A stretch of 64,000 nt of DNA from Octopus sinensis (GCF_006345805.1 NC_043002.1:34534001-34598000), one strand, 5' to 3'. Numbered from the stretch's first letter, positions 35,451 to 50,422 are shown. The notes: generated by a model from the letters alone, not told the origin. Numbers and translations are program-made.

Positions 35451-35985
35451 TAAATATAACTGGTGTAATTAATCAGAAAAAAGCTTTATTTCTACAGTCA
35501 GTTATACAACAGCTCACATTTTAAATTAGAACATTTAAAATGTTATAATTATACAAAAAAACAGAAAAAAAGAAAGAAAAAAAACGAGGGGGTAAAGCAG
35601 AAGATAGAGGGGAGGGAGTGATGGGCCACAATCCCCAGAACAAATGACCACAATAGCGTTGCCATAGAGAATGGCCTGTGATACTGCGGCAGCCACTCCA
35701 CCTCATGGAGTTCATTTCTGAGACATTCTCACTGGCATAATTTTGGAATCAGTGTCATCAATAGTTTGTTGCTTATTTTGTATGCTTGTTGAAGCACTGG
35801 CATGACTGTGTAGTTAAGCAATTTTCTTTCTAACCATATAATCTCTGATTCACCCCACTGCAGAATGCAGTGGGCAAGTGTCCTCTGTATAGCCTCACAT
35901 TGACTTGTCCCTTTGTGTGAAATTTTATTGGCAAAACTATACAGAAGTTTATTCTAGGTATGTGTGAGAGAGAGTGTCTGTGTGT

Positions 35986-36018
<33 letters not shown>

Positions 36019-37883
36019 GTTTAACATCCGCTTTCCAAGCTAGCATCAGGCTCCAATCTTGATTTGGCAGAGTTTCTACAGCTGGATGCCCTTCCTAACA
36101 CCAACCATCCGAAAGTGTAGTGGGTGCTTTTTATGTGCCACTGGCACGGGGGCCAGTCAGGCGGTACTGGCAATGACCTCGCTTGAATCTTTTTACACAT
36201 GCCACCAGCACAGGTGCCAGTAAAGCGACTTTGGTAACGATCACGCTCGAATGGTGCCCTTTTACGTGCCACTGGCACAGAAGCCAGTTGGCTGCTCTGG
36301 CAGGGGCCAGTCAGGCGATACTGGCAATGACCTCGCTCGAATCCTTTTACACATGCCACCAGCACAGGTGCCAGTAAGGCGACTTTGGTAACGATTACAT
36401 ATATATTAAAATAAACATATATATATATAACCTATATAGTACATATATAAACATAGCTTATTTAGCTATTTTTCAGTAAATTGGAAAAAAAATTATGAAC
36501 AACCATAATCATAGAATATCATCAAAAATGTTTGCATCACTTTGGCCAATCCTAGAGAAGCAAGCAGCCAATTTCTTTATATACTCAACAATTACAGTAG
36601 CTACAGAAAACTGGGGGTACTAATTTGCATATTGTGAGTTTTAACACTTTATTTAATATCAGGGGCCTGTCAACAAGGATCTCAATCCACACAGTACCAA
36701 GGTATGATACAATATATGTAACACACACTAGCTTAAAAGCTACCCTATCGGATGGCTTTTAAGCTAGCTCCTGTGGAGCGCTCTTCATTGGGCCTTAGAC
36801 CCAACAATGACACTTCATGCATTGAGTGCTTATTAAATTTTATTAAACTTGACCAATATTTTTCAAGCTTTGAACAATTTTCATCAAAACAATGATATAA
36901 TTTGTCGACTTGGAACTTATTGCACAGCTGCATGATAAACAGCATTCTTTTGTCTTCCCATTCGGGGTCAGTACAATTTTTTTCTGTCTAAACTCTTTCT
37001 TTCTCTCACTGTTGCTTTCAACCATCACCATCACCAGTACCACCACCATTGCCATCACAACTGCCATATACACACCATTCAGACTTCTGACACCACCACC
37101 ATCAATACCTGTTAGGACACTAAGCTAAAATATTGTTTAGGTTAGTAAAGAATTCCATGTATCCATCACCATTTTATACTGTAAATCTGTGGTTATATAT
37201 ATATATATATATACGCACTACAAGTTGCTTTCAGTTTCTGTCTACCAAATCTTGTCACAAGACTTTGGTTGACCTGGGGCTCTAGTAGAAGACATTTGCC
37301 CAAGATGTCACACTGTGGTACTGAACCTGGAACCACTGGGTCAGAAGTAAACTTCTTAACACATGGCCACATACACAATATATTTACGTAAGCAATTTTT
37401 AAGTTTTTATACATTTAAATAGATACCATTTGCAATTGACAATCTATTCCATTAGAATATATGTTTGCTAACACTGAAGCAATATGACCATGCTAACTAA
37501 GAATGCAGTTTGCAACCTAATTCCTCAAAGTGTAAAAGTTACAGCTTCTGAACAACCACCTTGCACTGAAGAAACTTGTATCTTAGCCTAATGGACCAAA
37601 CTGCTAAAAATTACAGAAGCCCAATACTAAAAATGAAGCAAAAAAAAAGCAATCAACTTGGCAAATTAGCCTGGAGTTGTAAGCACCCAATTACTGATTT
37701 TGGCTGTGGTGGTCTGGCAGAAGTCTTGATGAGAGAGAAGCTGTCTGCAACACTTTGTTGCTTCCTAGTTTAACTACAGAGAGGATTGCTTGCAAGTGGA
37801 ATGTAGTAATACCAATTAAATATTACTACTTGAGACACACTACATCAATCATCACACAAACACGCTCACATATATGTGTGTTG

Positions 37884-37923
<40 letters not shown>

Positions 37924-40670
37924 CCAACCCATGCTAGCATGGAGAACGGACGTTAAACGACGATGATAGTTTATATATAGTGTGTGTTTGTGTGTATATA
38001 TATATATATATATTGTTGTGGAAGGATTCCAACCACCCCCAAGTGACTAAAAGTTGACTGAATCATTGTTATGAAATAAAGAACTGTCAGTAGTTCAGGG
38101 GTAAGCAGTTCACTGTAAGCCATTGGTTGAGAACGTTTAGCCTCATGTAATAGTAATTGTATTCCATCATATAAATACTCACACACGCACACACACACAC
38201 AAACACACACTCTCTCTCTCTCTCTCCCTTGCTCTTCCCACTGGCTAGGCAACCAAGTATCCCCTTTACAGCAGCACATCTGTTTCTGTCCTCTATCTTG
38301 TTACCTTTCTTTCCCTCTCTCTCTTTCTCTTTCTCTCACTCTTCCTCTTTCTCTCTCTCTCTCTCTAGCTGAGTAACCATTTACCTCCTCTATAGCAAGA
38401 CACCTGTTTCTGCTACTCTGTCTCTCTCTCTCTCTCTCACACACTCTAAGCTTTCATCATCTGACACAAGATCACCTCCTCCATTGCCTGCTTCCCTCTC
38501 AAAAATTCCTTGTCTAGCAAGTTATTTGGTGACCCTGCTGATGCTGATGACACGTAAAAAGCATTCAGTCCACACTGTGAAGTGGTTGGCATTTGGAAGG
38601 GCATCCAGCTGTAAATACCATGCCAAAATTGACCTCACCTGTGCTGGTGCCATGCAAAAAGCACTCAGTCCACTTTATGGAGTGGTTGGTGTTAGGAAGG
38701 GTATTGAGCTGTAAAAACCATGCCAAAACAGATGCAGAAGCCTGGTGTAGCCTTCTTCCTGGACAGCTCCTGTCAAACCGTCCATCCCATCCCAGCGTGG
38801 AAGGCACACATTAAATAATGATGATGATGATGATGATGTATATAGATATATAAGATGTTGTAAATAGGAAAGAAAGAAAATAGGCTTTTATCATCAACAA
38901 GGAAATGATTATGCTTGATAAGTAGAAAAGGAGTGAGTACAAATTACATGTCGTATATCCAGTGTAGATGTGAATGTATGAGATGTAGAACCGCATGCAG
39001 AATAACAGAGGTGGTAAACCTCATATGCAACAGGCACACAAAGATACTAAACTCTAAGTGCTCATGGCAAATAGATTATATCAAATATCCAGAACACTAC
39101 TTAGAAGTGCTTGAAAGCTTTTGTTTGGTAGATGACCTAATTACTATTGGAGTTTTATGCTTTAAAAGCATAGTAGCCAGATTGAAAAATGGTTGGAAAA
39201 TTATGAGGGAATTTTACCTCTGCTGGTAATAAAGAGTTTTTTCTTTGAGTAAAGAGCAAATTTATGATGCTTGTGTACAAAGTGTCAGATGAGGGCCATT
39301 TGTGATGACTAGGAAGAAATGAAGTAAGCATACTTCACCAAATGTTTACTGCTAATGTGCATGAGTGAAATAATATTAATGAATTCCCTTTGCCTAATAA
39401 GTGACCTCATATCAGATGCTTGTTGAAACTGAAGAAGTTACATCTTGGAACATCCAGTTTACCATTTAAAAAATATAAAATGAAGAGACACTTTAGCAAC
39501 TAATTCGATAACTATTAAATTCATTTTTTAATTTTCTCATTGTACAATTGTAACCTGGTCAGAGACTGGTCAACTTAGTCATGTGTGTGGTTGTTAGTCC
39601 TATCTGCTTTTACTGTTCTTGTATCAAATATGCATGTGTTGACAATAACTATTCTATGATTCATTTGAGTTTCCAGGTATTATATTTATGACCACTTTAT
39701 TTGTACATTCAACAAATTAAACGTACAATACATATGCACATTCAATAAATTAATTAATTTTGTGTAAGGGGTACAGGGCATATAAATCATTGCATATAAT
39801 GAGTATTTATTGATTGACACAGCTAATGAATGTCTGTAAATAGGAGAGAAAGATAAGTGAGTTGAGAGACTACCAGATAGGATAAACAACTGATTTGTGA
39901 AAATCTTGAAGTAGCTTTAAGTTGAAATAGCTTGCCTTTAAGTAACTATCAGCACAGAACATTCTAGAATCTGTTTGATGGGAAAACTTGCTTGCTTCCT
40001 CTTAAGTTGCCACTTTAGTCATAAATAAGTCAGCAGTGTTGATTGGCCAGACTATATTCCAATTGGCATTAGGACATTTTATGATGTCTCTTTTCCTTTT
40101 ATGGAAATATATCATGCTATGAACTATGGTTCAAATTTCAGCTGGGTTCTCACCACAGTGTTTATTATTTTGGCGTATTAATAAAATAAAGTACTAGGAG
40201 TGATATAATTTCTGGCCTTGTGCCTGAGTTAGAAATTATTATTAGAAGCCTAAGAGTGTTGGATTGGCAGAATCATTAGAGTATCAGACAAAATGCCCTG
40301 TGGTATTTGTAGAGGCTCTTTACATTCTGAGTTCAAATCCTCTCTGAGGTCAACTTATTATTGATTCATTATAATTGATTGTTTCCTACCTCCAAATTTA
40401 TTTTCTGTGCCTTTGTTACAAATAATTATTATTAGTAGTAGACTCTCTGGTCAGAAATAACATGTTAAGTGTGCTAGATATCAGAGCAAATGTAATGCTT
40501 CATTTTTAACAATTAATTATATACTGCTAGAGAATTCATAATTAATTATTTATAAACTGCTAGAGAATTAATTAATTATAAACTGCTTGAGAATTCATTT
40601 TAATGGACAATAAATTACAAAATAATAATAAAAAAAAAAGCATGCATACTTGACTCTTTCAATTATTCCC

Positions 40671-41161
40671 ATCATTATCATCCAGTGTTTTAAATCCGGG
40701 TTTTGTCCCCGCTAACAGGGGTGGTCGGATCTACCTCAATGCCATAGCAACCGCCTCCACACCATCTCACCATCTTGCCTGGTTTTGGGCATCCTCGTTT
40801 TTCAAACCAACCCTCCCAATCTCCTCCTCCTTCACCTTTTCCTTGGTCTACCTTGCTTTCGTGCTCCATTTACCTCAAACCCGGTCACCCTCCTCAGAAT
40901 ATGCTCTTCATCCCTCTTCAACACATGCCCATACTACCTCACTCAATTCACCCTTGCCAACCATTCCACCGATTCCTCCAACCCCATCATCCCCATCAAA
41001 TCCTCAGTCCTCTTATCAAACAGCTTCACCCCACACATTTCTCTCACCATTGCTCTCTCAGTCCTTCTCAAAATTACCATCTCTCTCACCCTCAGACACC
41101 ATGTCTCACTCCCATACAGCATTTCAGCTCTCACACAACTCTTATAGACCCTTCCTTTCAT
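40671..41161 (-). mobile_element. 3' end of an RTE-clade LINE
   Basis: KGRVYKSCVRAEMLYGSETW...RRTERAMVREMCGVKL, then YGHVLKR and GRPRKR remnants; 3' tail GATGATAATGAT. Confidence 0.75.
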
Positions 41162-41953
41162 CTTTAATTATATACTAAGAATATAACAAGAGAAAATACT
41201 GTAGTTAATCTTTCAAGCGTTTTGAGGTATCACATCACAAATCTTTGTGGCATTACAGCGAATGATGGCGAGGCAGAGATACTGGAACAGCCAAGTACAC
41301 TCTCAAGTATCACCTGATACTTTAGATATCAATGACTGTCAGTGGCTCATCTCTTGAATGCCATGAGTTAAAGATGTAATTCACAAACAAATTATGGTAT
41401 TTTAGTATCTTGATGTCCCATATGTGACACATTGCCTCTTGTTGAAGAATAACCCCACACCAAAACAACAGTAGCTCCCACGAAACCGTCACAGCACACA
41501 AAATGTTACCTCACCATTTTATACGTCTTGTGTGTGTTCTGAAAATCTTTGATAAAGACTTTTATATCAAAACTATTTTCAATGTCCTCAGAAACAGTAT
41601 CAAGATATAGTAATAGATGGGGGGGGGGAGGAACACGCATTATATATCACTCCGGGCATTTCTTTAGCTTTTAGGTTGTTTTCAAATGCTGCTGAGGTCG
41701 TCTTTGCCTGTCATCCTTTTGAGGATCGGTAAAATAAGTACCAACTGATATAATCGATATTTCTTTTATTCCTTTGGTTTTTTATTTGACTGCGACTATG
41801 CTGGAGCCCCGCCTTTAGTGGAACAAATCGACTCCAGGACTTATTCTTTGTAAGCCTAGTACTTATTCTTTCGGCCTCTTTTGTCAAACCGCAAAGTTAC
41901 GGGGACGTAAACACACCAGCATCGGTTGTCAAGCGATGCTGTGGACACGCACG

Positions 41954-41984
<31 letters not shown>

Positions 41985-43749
41985 GGGTAGATTACTGAAA
42001 GCAGTAGATTATTGCCTTTATGTCCCTCTTTTCAAATTACTGGTCTTGTGAAAAAAGAAAAACAAAAATGAAATAATTTTATTCCTCTACGTTTGGGCGT
42101 TAGCACATAATATAAAAGAGTTAGCACATAATATAAAACACCCGATTCTTCATATAATGAGTTCAAATCCTATCGCAGTAAACATATTTCGATCATTCTT
42201 CAAGTGTCAACAAAAATGTACCAGTCACGTACTGTAATCTTAGCCACCTAAAGCTCTCTCACCAAATTTCTGTACTTATGCTTTCTATGTCGGTTTCAAA
42301 TTTTAGCACAAGATCAGCAATTTCGGGGCAGGGGATAAGTCTCAACTTGTACTTATTTTATCGACCCTGAAAGGATAAAAGTCAAAACCGAGCTCGGCGG
42401 AATTTGAACTCAGAACGTGAGGACGGACGAAATGCTACTAAACACTGCCCTGCAATGAGAACGATCCTGTTAGCTTGTCGCTTACATCTTTTATATTACA
42501 TCTAACTGTTTCCGCCATTGAAGAGTCACTTGATTCTTCTGTCTCAAGTCATATTCGAAAATGTTTTAAAAGGAAATACATATTAATGTCATTCTAAATG
42601 TTCAGAATATCAACTGCACGACCATGAGTGCAAGATATTTAATGATCGGTCAATTGAATAAGAGCTGAATGGAGTTTAAACATTATTCATCCCTACTCCA
42701 CAAATAAGTCATTGCTAAAATAAACATGTCGATAGGGTACCGAATAACTGGTAAAAGGATTTTTAACGGTAGGTAATATCGCAAAGTTAGCTTCAGAATT
42801 GAACAACTCGTGCAGTATTAGAGTGAAAAATAAGGCGGCGGGCTGGCAGAATCGTTTGCACCCGGCAAAATGGTTAGTGGCATGTCGCCCGTCTTTACGT
42901 TCTGAATTCAAATTCCGCCGAGGTTGACTTTGCTTTTCATTCTTTCGGGAATCGATGACATAAGTACTAAGTTGGGCACTGGGGTCAATGTAATGAAATT
43001 ATCTCCAATTCCGAAATTGCTGGCCTTATATCAAAATTTAAAATCAATATTAGAGTGAAGAAAAATAGCCTGCAATGAATCAAAGATTACGTTAATGATA
43101 TAAGGGGAATAACTCTTCAATCTCTATATTAAATGGTAGTTTACGGCTTTCTTGATTCTACAATAACCGATTTTTCCTAAACTTACAAACGTTGAATAGA
43201 AATTATCATCCATTTTTTCGAAAGGGACAAAAAACTGTTGAACACCATACAATGTTGACCTAAAAATTACTTGATATTTTTCGGAACAGTGAGGCTGCTT
43301 TCGAAAGCAGGTCAAGTCAACTTTGTCAGAATTTGAACTTAGAATAATAAGAGTCAAAGAGAAATGCCTCTAAGCAGTTTGTCCAATGTGCTAACGATTC
43401 TGTCAGATCACTTCTTTATGTAGAGACTATAATACTAAATCTTCCAGCAGTTTTTCCTTACTTATCTAGTGAAATAAGGAATCATTAGCTATGCTTTGTT
43501 CATTGCTTATATTTTGAATAATACCTTACAGATGGATATATAAAATATCAAACTAACTCATGTTCCAATATAGGGATCTTTTCCTTTTGAACGGCAGTTT
43601 TCAACACAATTTCTAGTTAACTAAACACTTTTAAACTTCGTATACTGGTAGAATGTGTCAAAATAAAACATCTTTTTCTCTTGGCTTTCTTGAGAAAATT
43701 GTAATTTGTAAGTTTAATGTAGTTTAATTTTTCGAATTTCCACAACTGT

Positions 43750-45180
43750 GCACAGTTTCTCTTCCCTATCTCAAATCATTATATCAGGTCTGTTGTGCTT
43801 ATTGAGGTCTTCCCTGGTACATTCTACCAGTATTCCTTTTTATTATGAGTGGCTATGGCTTCTACCACACTGTGGTTTCTTATTTCTTTGTCCTCAAGAT
43901 TATCCTTCTGATGGATTTCATTATAGAGTGTCCTAGCTGCAACGTCGTGTCTCATCAGTAGATAATACGATGATGACATTTTTGGACAACTACTTATGAT
44001 TTTCATTGTGAACTCCACAAAGTCTGCATTAATTGTCACATTTTACAGCTTTTCCTGCATCTCTATTCCTTTTGTGCATCAGGCACTTGGTTGATATTTC
44101 CTGTTCCTGGATTGCAAATGCATATCCTTCAAAGTGAGAGGTAGTAATCCGGTTATTGGTCCATGAAAACTGCTTTGATGATCAATTTTTCTATCATCAC
44201 GGAGCTTTCTACTAACATATCCATGCATAATCTTCTGCTCATAAAGGCTCATCCTTTCCTCTTATAACATGTGGCGGTAGAGTCATGCAATTTCCTTGCG
44301 CATGTATTCTAGGTTATCAGACAAAGAGTGTTGCTCAAGGAGCTGCCTTCCAAATCTTATGATGTTATATGCAAATTTGGTCAAGAGATGCACTTGGTGG
44401 CTAAAAGATATTGCTGAAGAGATATGATGTGACATTCAAAGGCATTTTGGATTGATGTTAAGCCTTTACTGCCTTGTATACATTTTAAGTAGAGGCAGTT
44501 TACATCACTGTTTATGTGGAAATTATGTGTGCTTGTTAGTATTTTTTGAGTTTTCACATCAATGGCTCAGATCTCAACAAGCATCCAGTCAAGCAGCCCA
44601 AATGTTTGTATGAGTACCGGCACTGTAAACACATTGTGAGCCACTGTTTTATTGAGTGTAGAGAGTTCTGAGGTCCAAATTCGGCTGTAATATTCTTTAG
44701 TGACATGTGTTTTGTTACTGGTGTCATTGTAAGATACATTCTTTCCAGCTGTTTGTTTTGTTGTGATAATGTTATTGGTTTCACAATGGTTCTGGAGGAA
44801 GAGGTTCTAAACATGCTGTATATATCTTATACATTAGTTCTGACATGCAATTGGCCAGTAGTTTTTTTGCCATGTGGTTCTGTATTTTGGGATCAATTTT
44901 GTCTCTGCTAGAGCTAACCAGTGTGGTATGCTACTGTTCCCAATGAAAGCTTGCTGGTACAGATTGATATGATATGGTCATTAGAATGTTAGCTTCTTGT
45001 ACCAATATCCAACAATCAAGTCTCTTTCAGGTGCTATTCTTTCCTGGAGTTTCTGGATCACAGTTGCAAGAGTTTCACCATCAATATTGCATGACTTGGG
45101 GATGTAATGTAGGAACAATAACTTCTTCGGATTTCTTCCAGCCACAGAGCATTTTGTTAAATTCCTTCTCTTTACTCCAG
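43750..45180 (-). mobile_element. Decayed R4/Dong-like (RLE-type) non-LTR retrotransposon fragment
   Basis: Remnants APERDLIVGYWYKKLTF, VPVLIQTFGLLDW, EGYAFAIQEQEISTK, IISSCPKMSSSYYLLMRHDVAAR in the expected order; many stops; RT core appears deleted. Confidence 0.65.
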
Positions 45181-45182
45181 GA

Positions 45183-45523
45183 GTGTATGTATGTATGTAT
45201 GTATGTATGTATGTATGTATGTATGTATGTATGTATGTATGTATGTATGTATGTATGCATGCATGCATGTATGCATGTATGTATGTATGCATGTACGTAT
45301 GGATGCACGTATGTATGCATGTATATATACACGCATGTATGTATACATGTATATATGCATGCATGTATGTATGTATGTATGTATGTATGTATGTATGTAT
45401 GTATGTGTGTGTGTGTGTGTGTATGTGTGTATGTATGTATGTATGTATGTATGTATGTATGTATGTATGTATGTGTGTGTGTATGTATGTATGTATGTAT
45501 GTATGTATGTATGTATGTATGTT
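45183..45523. repeat. Compound (TATG)n/(TG)n microsatellite, about 340 bp
   Basis: Direct inspection. Confidence 0.95.
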
Positions 45524-48500
45524 TGATTATCTCTGTTTATAGGATTTGCATGCTTTGACATGGCTGATATGTGTACATTACAACACTGCAACTGTCACAA
45601 CTATATTTGAAAGAGATTTGGCTACTATTTCTAGCATGTTAGCAACCACATGAAACTCCTTTGTTGTCTGGATAGAGGCAAAAGGACAGACATATATAAA
45701 TACAGACAGAAATAAACGTAAGAGAGACGAGGCTGACTGACGGACATATTGACAACATTTGAGATACCGTAAAACACGAGTTGTTTAGCTTCACGTCAGC
45801 TTTGAACGATCTGATCTATGTTGAACAGTGGTCTGTTTATGACCATTATATCTTTTGATATTGTGTATTTATTATCTCTACCCCTTAATTCAGAATGGGT
45901 GTGATTTAATAGGAATTTAACTGCTATTACGTGTATGCCGAGCCACCACAATGTCTCTCTGGTATAATAAACTTAAAGAGTTATTCCCCTTGGTCTGTCT
46001 AGCTCTAAGGCATAGCTAAAAATCTATCCTCGTTACGACTGTTCGGAACGAATGGAATATACTGTAAATACACCTTCGAGTAGACTCTTGTATATATATG
46101 CATGTATGTATTTAAACAAGATTCAGTTGAATAAGTTGGGGAACCTAGTTAAGTCGGCATAAAATGCAGACACAACAATTTTTATATGAATACCAGCCTT
46201 GGTACAGAAGTACTGGCAGAATGATATTGAGGTAATGTATGCAGTCAATTTAACCCAACAGAGTATATAATCCGCTCTTGAGCTATTCAGACATGTGCAT
46301 TTTATTAAATATACAGTCTATAATATACTTCAGAACTCGCCAGGGTCATGTTCTGAGATAGATGAATCAAAAATAAATAAGTAACAACTGAAGGGCAGGT
46401 GTCAATCTATTACGGCTGTTTCTAATGAATTTTTTAATTGATAATGAGTACATTATATCATTATAAAAAACCGTTTTCTTCAGATGAATACATGAATCTT
46501 ACAACCAAAATAATTTTTTAAAATAATTCAAAAACCACAGCAACATACATATTCAATGAGTCTGCAACTAGTTTAGGCGCAGAATGTATGTAGGTATAAA
46601 TGCCAGAAAGGTTCCTTCTCAGAACAATAAAGAGTCATTCTGGAAAAAAAAAATCTGGCATGAGATAATGGAAGTTAATGAGAGTTCGAGGTTGTTCGAG
46701 GAAATCCGAAACAAATATTGTCTGCGTGTTAAACTACAAGCATACAATACACCGACGAGGCCTTTGAGACTGTAATTAAAAGACCTCAGGATCGAAAAGC
46801 CTCAGGATGGGACAGGCTTGTTGGATACTAGTACAAAAAGTAACAACAAAAAACAAACAAAAAATCTTTTATTGGCGGTAGCTTATTGATTTATATCAAC
46901 AAGCACTCAGTGGAAATTATAAACATCCCAAGATAGTCAACGCAAGCAGAAACAAAATTGACAACCCCTAAACAATGCAAATCATCTGAGAACTACTGGC
47001 TGGCGAAGCGCATACCAGAATTTCATTTATCCGTTCTGTCTGTCTGTGTGTGTGTGTCCTCTAGGATCTCGAGCATCCTCCATCCGATTGCGCTCAAATT
47101 TGATATGTAGATACCCACGGTATCAGGGCGTGTATAAGTCTTGAAAAAATTACAAAAATCGATTCCAGGTGAGAATGCAATCGATAAAGCCGTGGGAACG
47201 TGTATTTGTACGCGCATGTACATCAGCTGTTGTGATCGATACTACGCGTACGCGAGAAAAATGCACGTGCAGTTTGCGTAAAAAAAAGCCGACTGGCTTG
47301 AAATAATGCCACAAAATGCAGTATATTTAAGAGACCCAAAAAGTAAGATGCAAAACTTGTCATGAAAGAAGGAAAGACTATTTGGTTTCTCAAGAAGTTT
47401 TTTTTTTTGCCTTAACTTCGTTTAACAAAACCAGAAATTTTATTGAAATAAAGGCTTGCTTAATTATTTTTTAATGAAAAGAAAACAACTGATTGCTTTT
47501 TATTCAGCAGATATGATTCAGCACCGTTCATTGGCCGGGGGGCGTTTTGCTCGTAAAATATATAAGCCTGTCTGTGCCTATTCTTTTAGATTACTGTGAT
47601 AATAAATATTAATGTAGGTGTGAGTTGAAACCAAACCGCTAGGTAACGAATCATACATCAAGACAGAATCACAATAGTTTCACGTGATCGGTATTTTAAG
47701 CCACCAATCAGCGTCAGGCTATCGCGCGATTCAATCTTCTAGAGTCTTCGGATTTTTTTCTGTTTGGCTGCACCTGTAAAACTTTTAAGATTTGGTGTAT
47801 TCATGTAATTTTCCACGCTGAAACTCAGGGACTAATTCACTTTTTCCAGAATTTTATTTTTTAAAGTTACAGCGGTTTGATAATTTTTATCTAGTCAGAA
47901 AGCAGGATTTGGAAGCTGTCCTTTCGTGCGGACTGCACTCATTAAATGAAATATTGGCGGAATTCTGCTTCACGCACGCCATATAACCCCTCATGACTTT
48001 TTTTATTTTAGGAATTTTCAAAAAATTTTTACGGATTTGTATTCTACACACGAGAATTCATACGATTATGAAAAGTGATTTAAAGCCTATTTAGCTATTA
48101 TTTTTAGCACATCTCACAGCCACCTCATACCTCAAGTATTTTAAGCATTTAATAGGCGAAAAATGACCACGTAAGTAAGCAGCTTGGTAACAAATTGGAA
48201 ACAGGCACGTGTATGTTATCCAAAATTTGCAAACTTTAAAAGCTATTAATTCTTTATCTATTGGTTTATGGCGAAAATGAATTTCTTGTCAATGATTACC
48301 ATACAAAACTACCCTAGTACATCAAATATTAAATCAAGTGGAACAAAAATTGAAGAAATTGAAAAGTGGCAGCCAACAGAAAAGATCTTAATCTTCTTCT
48401 TGCGCCTTATAAAAAAGCCGCTTTTGTCAGTAATTGCAGGATGTTGAGGCAGCTGCGCGATGTGTTTCCACTCTGACCACAGCTAGACGAGACTCAAGAA

Positions 48501-48835
48501 GACAGTTAAGACAGATAGCAGATAGACGACTGGAATTTCCGTCGCCACGAATGTAGGACACTTGTTACTAGTTATGTTGGGCTAGCCACATGTTACTGCA
48601 GTAAGTTTGAAGCAAACTCCAAGCAGTATATCTCTCCCAGTATGTAAATATTGGTGTTGTCATTTGTAAAATACCAACGCTACTGGACTCTGTGTACGAT
48701 AATAAACGCTTGTGTTAAATGTTCGCGGTTGTCGTTCAGTTACTTTTTCACGCAGCCAAGATACACATTTTCATTCATCAACTCAACCAGTCATCGCCTC
48801 AAACCAGCCAACAAACACGCGACATTATCATCATC

Positions 48836-48870
<35 letters not shown>

Positions 48871-48969
48871 TTAATCCAAACATGAAAGCACAAAAAAAAA
48901 CACAACAACGCGAGGACGTGGAACAAATATGGTATCATTGAACGCTCAGGAAAGAAGGAAAGAAGGAGG

Positions 48970-49004
48970 GTTTAACGTTTCGAGCGGACCTCTTCGTCGG
49001 AAAC
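48970..49004 (-). ncRNA. Minimal type I hammerhead motif, mutated (U4C, stem II mismatch)
   Basis: GTTT-CCGACGA-A-GAGG(TCC)GCTC-GAAA-CGT-T^AAAC; ACGT palindrome. Confidence 0.55.
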
Positions 49005-49124
49005 ATAGGAGAAGGAAAGATCCAGAGAAGGGAAGACAGAGGAAAAAAATTGCCAACGGTACACACGCGGTCACGTAGGGAAGAGGATTTGAAAATACAG
49101 AGGTCTTTTAAAATGTTTATTGAC

Positions 49125-49165
49125 TAGATCGGTTTCGCTTTTTTTAAAAAAAGATTTTCAAAAGT
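49125..49165 (-). ncRNA. Degenerate hammerhead motif with UUGAAAA core
   Basis: TTGAAAA-TCTTTTTTTAAAAAAAGC-GAAA-CCGA-TC^TAGT; mismatches at 10.1, helix III and the 1.1/2.1 pair. Confidence 0.35.
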
Positions 49166-49566
49166 AAACTGCAAGACTTTGTGTAGCCTTTGTGATGTTA
49201 AAAATCAATTAATATACATGTATTAAAATACAGTGATAGAGTCATTGACAACGATAAGAAAATGTTAAGAGAGACTTTGCATTCAAACAGTTTACATAAA
49301 TGTGCTCAAAATAGGCAGTAAAATAAGTTCCTAATTAAGTTCATCAGAAATCATAATTGTTTATAAGCCTATATACAGAAAGAATTTGTAGACAGTATTT
49401 GATAGGAGAAGGCGTGTATTGCTTTATCAAATGTTCATCAGAAATCGTAATTGTTTCAAGGATTTGGAGGAATGACCGACCTTTTTCTTTCATCTTCAGT
49501 CTTGCATATATATATTCTTTTACTGTTATTCTTTTACTTGTTTCAGTCATTTGACTCTGGCCACGA

Positions 49567-49950
49567 TTGTCAGATAATTTCTGTGACAACATCAACCCTA
49601 ACATCTGGCCACTTAGCTCCTCAGACAATACCTCACTTGATTATTATGTGTGGGGCGCAGTTGAGCGAGAGACCAACAAAACTCCTTGTAACACCAAAGA
49701 TGAACTGAAGGCAAGAATAATGGCAGCATTCACCCACTTAAACAAGGAGACAGTCTAGAAGAGTTGCAGGAGATTCCGAAGTCGTCTGGAGACTATGGTT
49801 GAAATTAATGGCGATTTTATTGAATAAATTTACTCTTTAGTATTTCCAGATATTTTTATGTAATTTTGGTAAATATATTTGTTAAAATGAGATATCAGCG
49901 TTATTTTCATGTTTGCGTAATTTAGACGACAGTTTATTCACCGCACCCTG
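49567..49950 (+). mobile_element. 3' fragment of a Tc1/mariner (maT-like) transposon
   Basis: IWPLSSSDNTSLDYYVWGAVERE (WPPxSPDLNPLDYxVW motif), ...GDFIE-stop, right TIR ...CACCGCACCCTG followed by TA. Confidence 0.75.
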
Positions 49951-50384
49951 TATATACACCACACACACTTTCTAAGTTGGGTCTATTAATATAAATATTT
50001 ATATATTTATACTTAAATATTCATCGTCTGAGAGCCCCCACCTTTTGCCTTCTCTCGTTATGCATGTATACATATTTTGTATTTAATACCGAAACTATTA
50101 TATTTCATATATTTAATTTGTTTATCCGCATATTTGCCTCTATATCCGTTCAACTTGATCCCTCTCATAGCCATTCTTCACCCAGTGGAATCGATCCTGT
50201 GTAAAGACATCGGAATCTACGTTTGAATCTTTTGAGCACCAAGTGTCTTCTATACTGAGAATCTCTGGATCTCATCTGTGAACTAATTATTCCGTTTTTG
50301 TATTTGGTTTGCAAGGTTCTCAATATGAACTCGTGTGTTGGCATAATGGCCCTCAGAGATACAACAAGGACTGTGTGTGCGTGC

Positions 50385-50422
<38 letters not shown>

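Noticed and set aside
36728-36767. 13-bp stem hairpin CTAGCTTAAAAGC/GCTTTTAAGCTAG
   Set aside because: Isolated, with no recognisable RNA motif.
46986-48420. CpG-richer stretch resembling a promoter or non-autonomous DNA element
   Set aside because: No clear TIR/TSD pair, ORF or linked gene could be established by eye.
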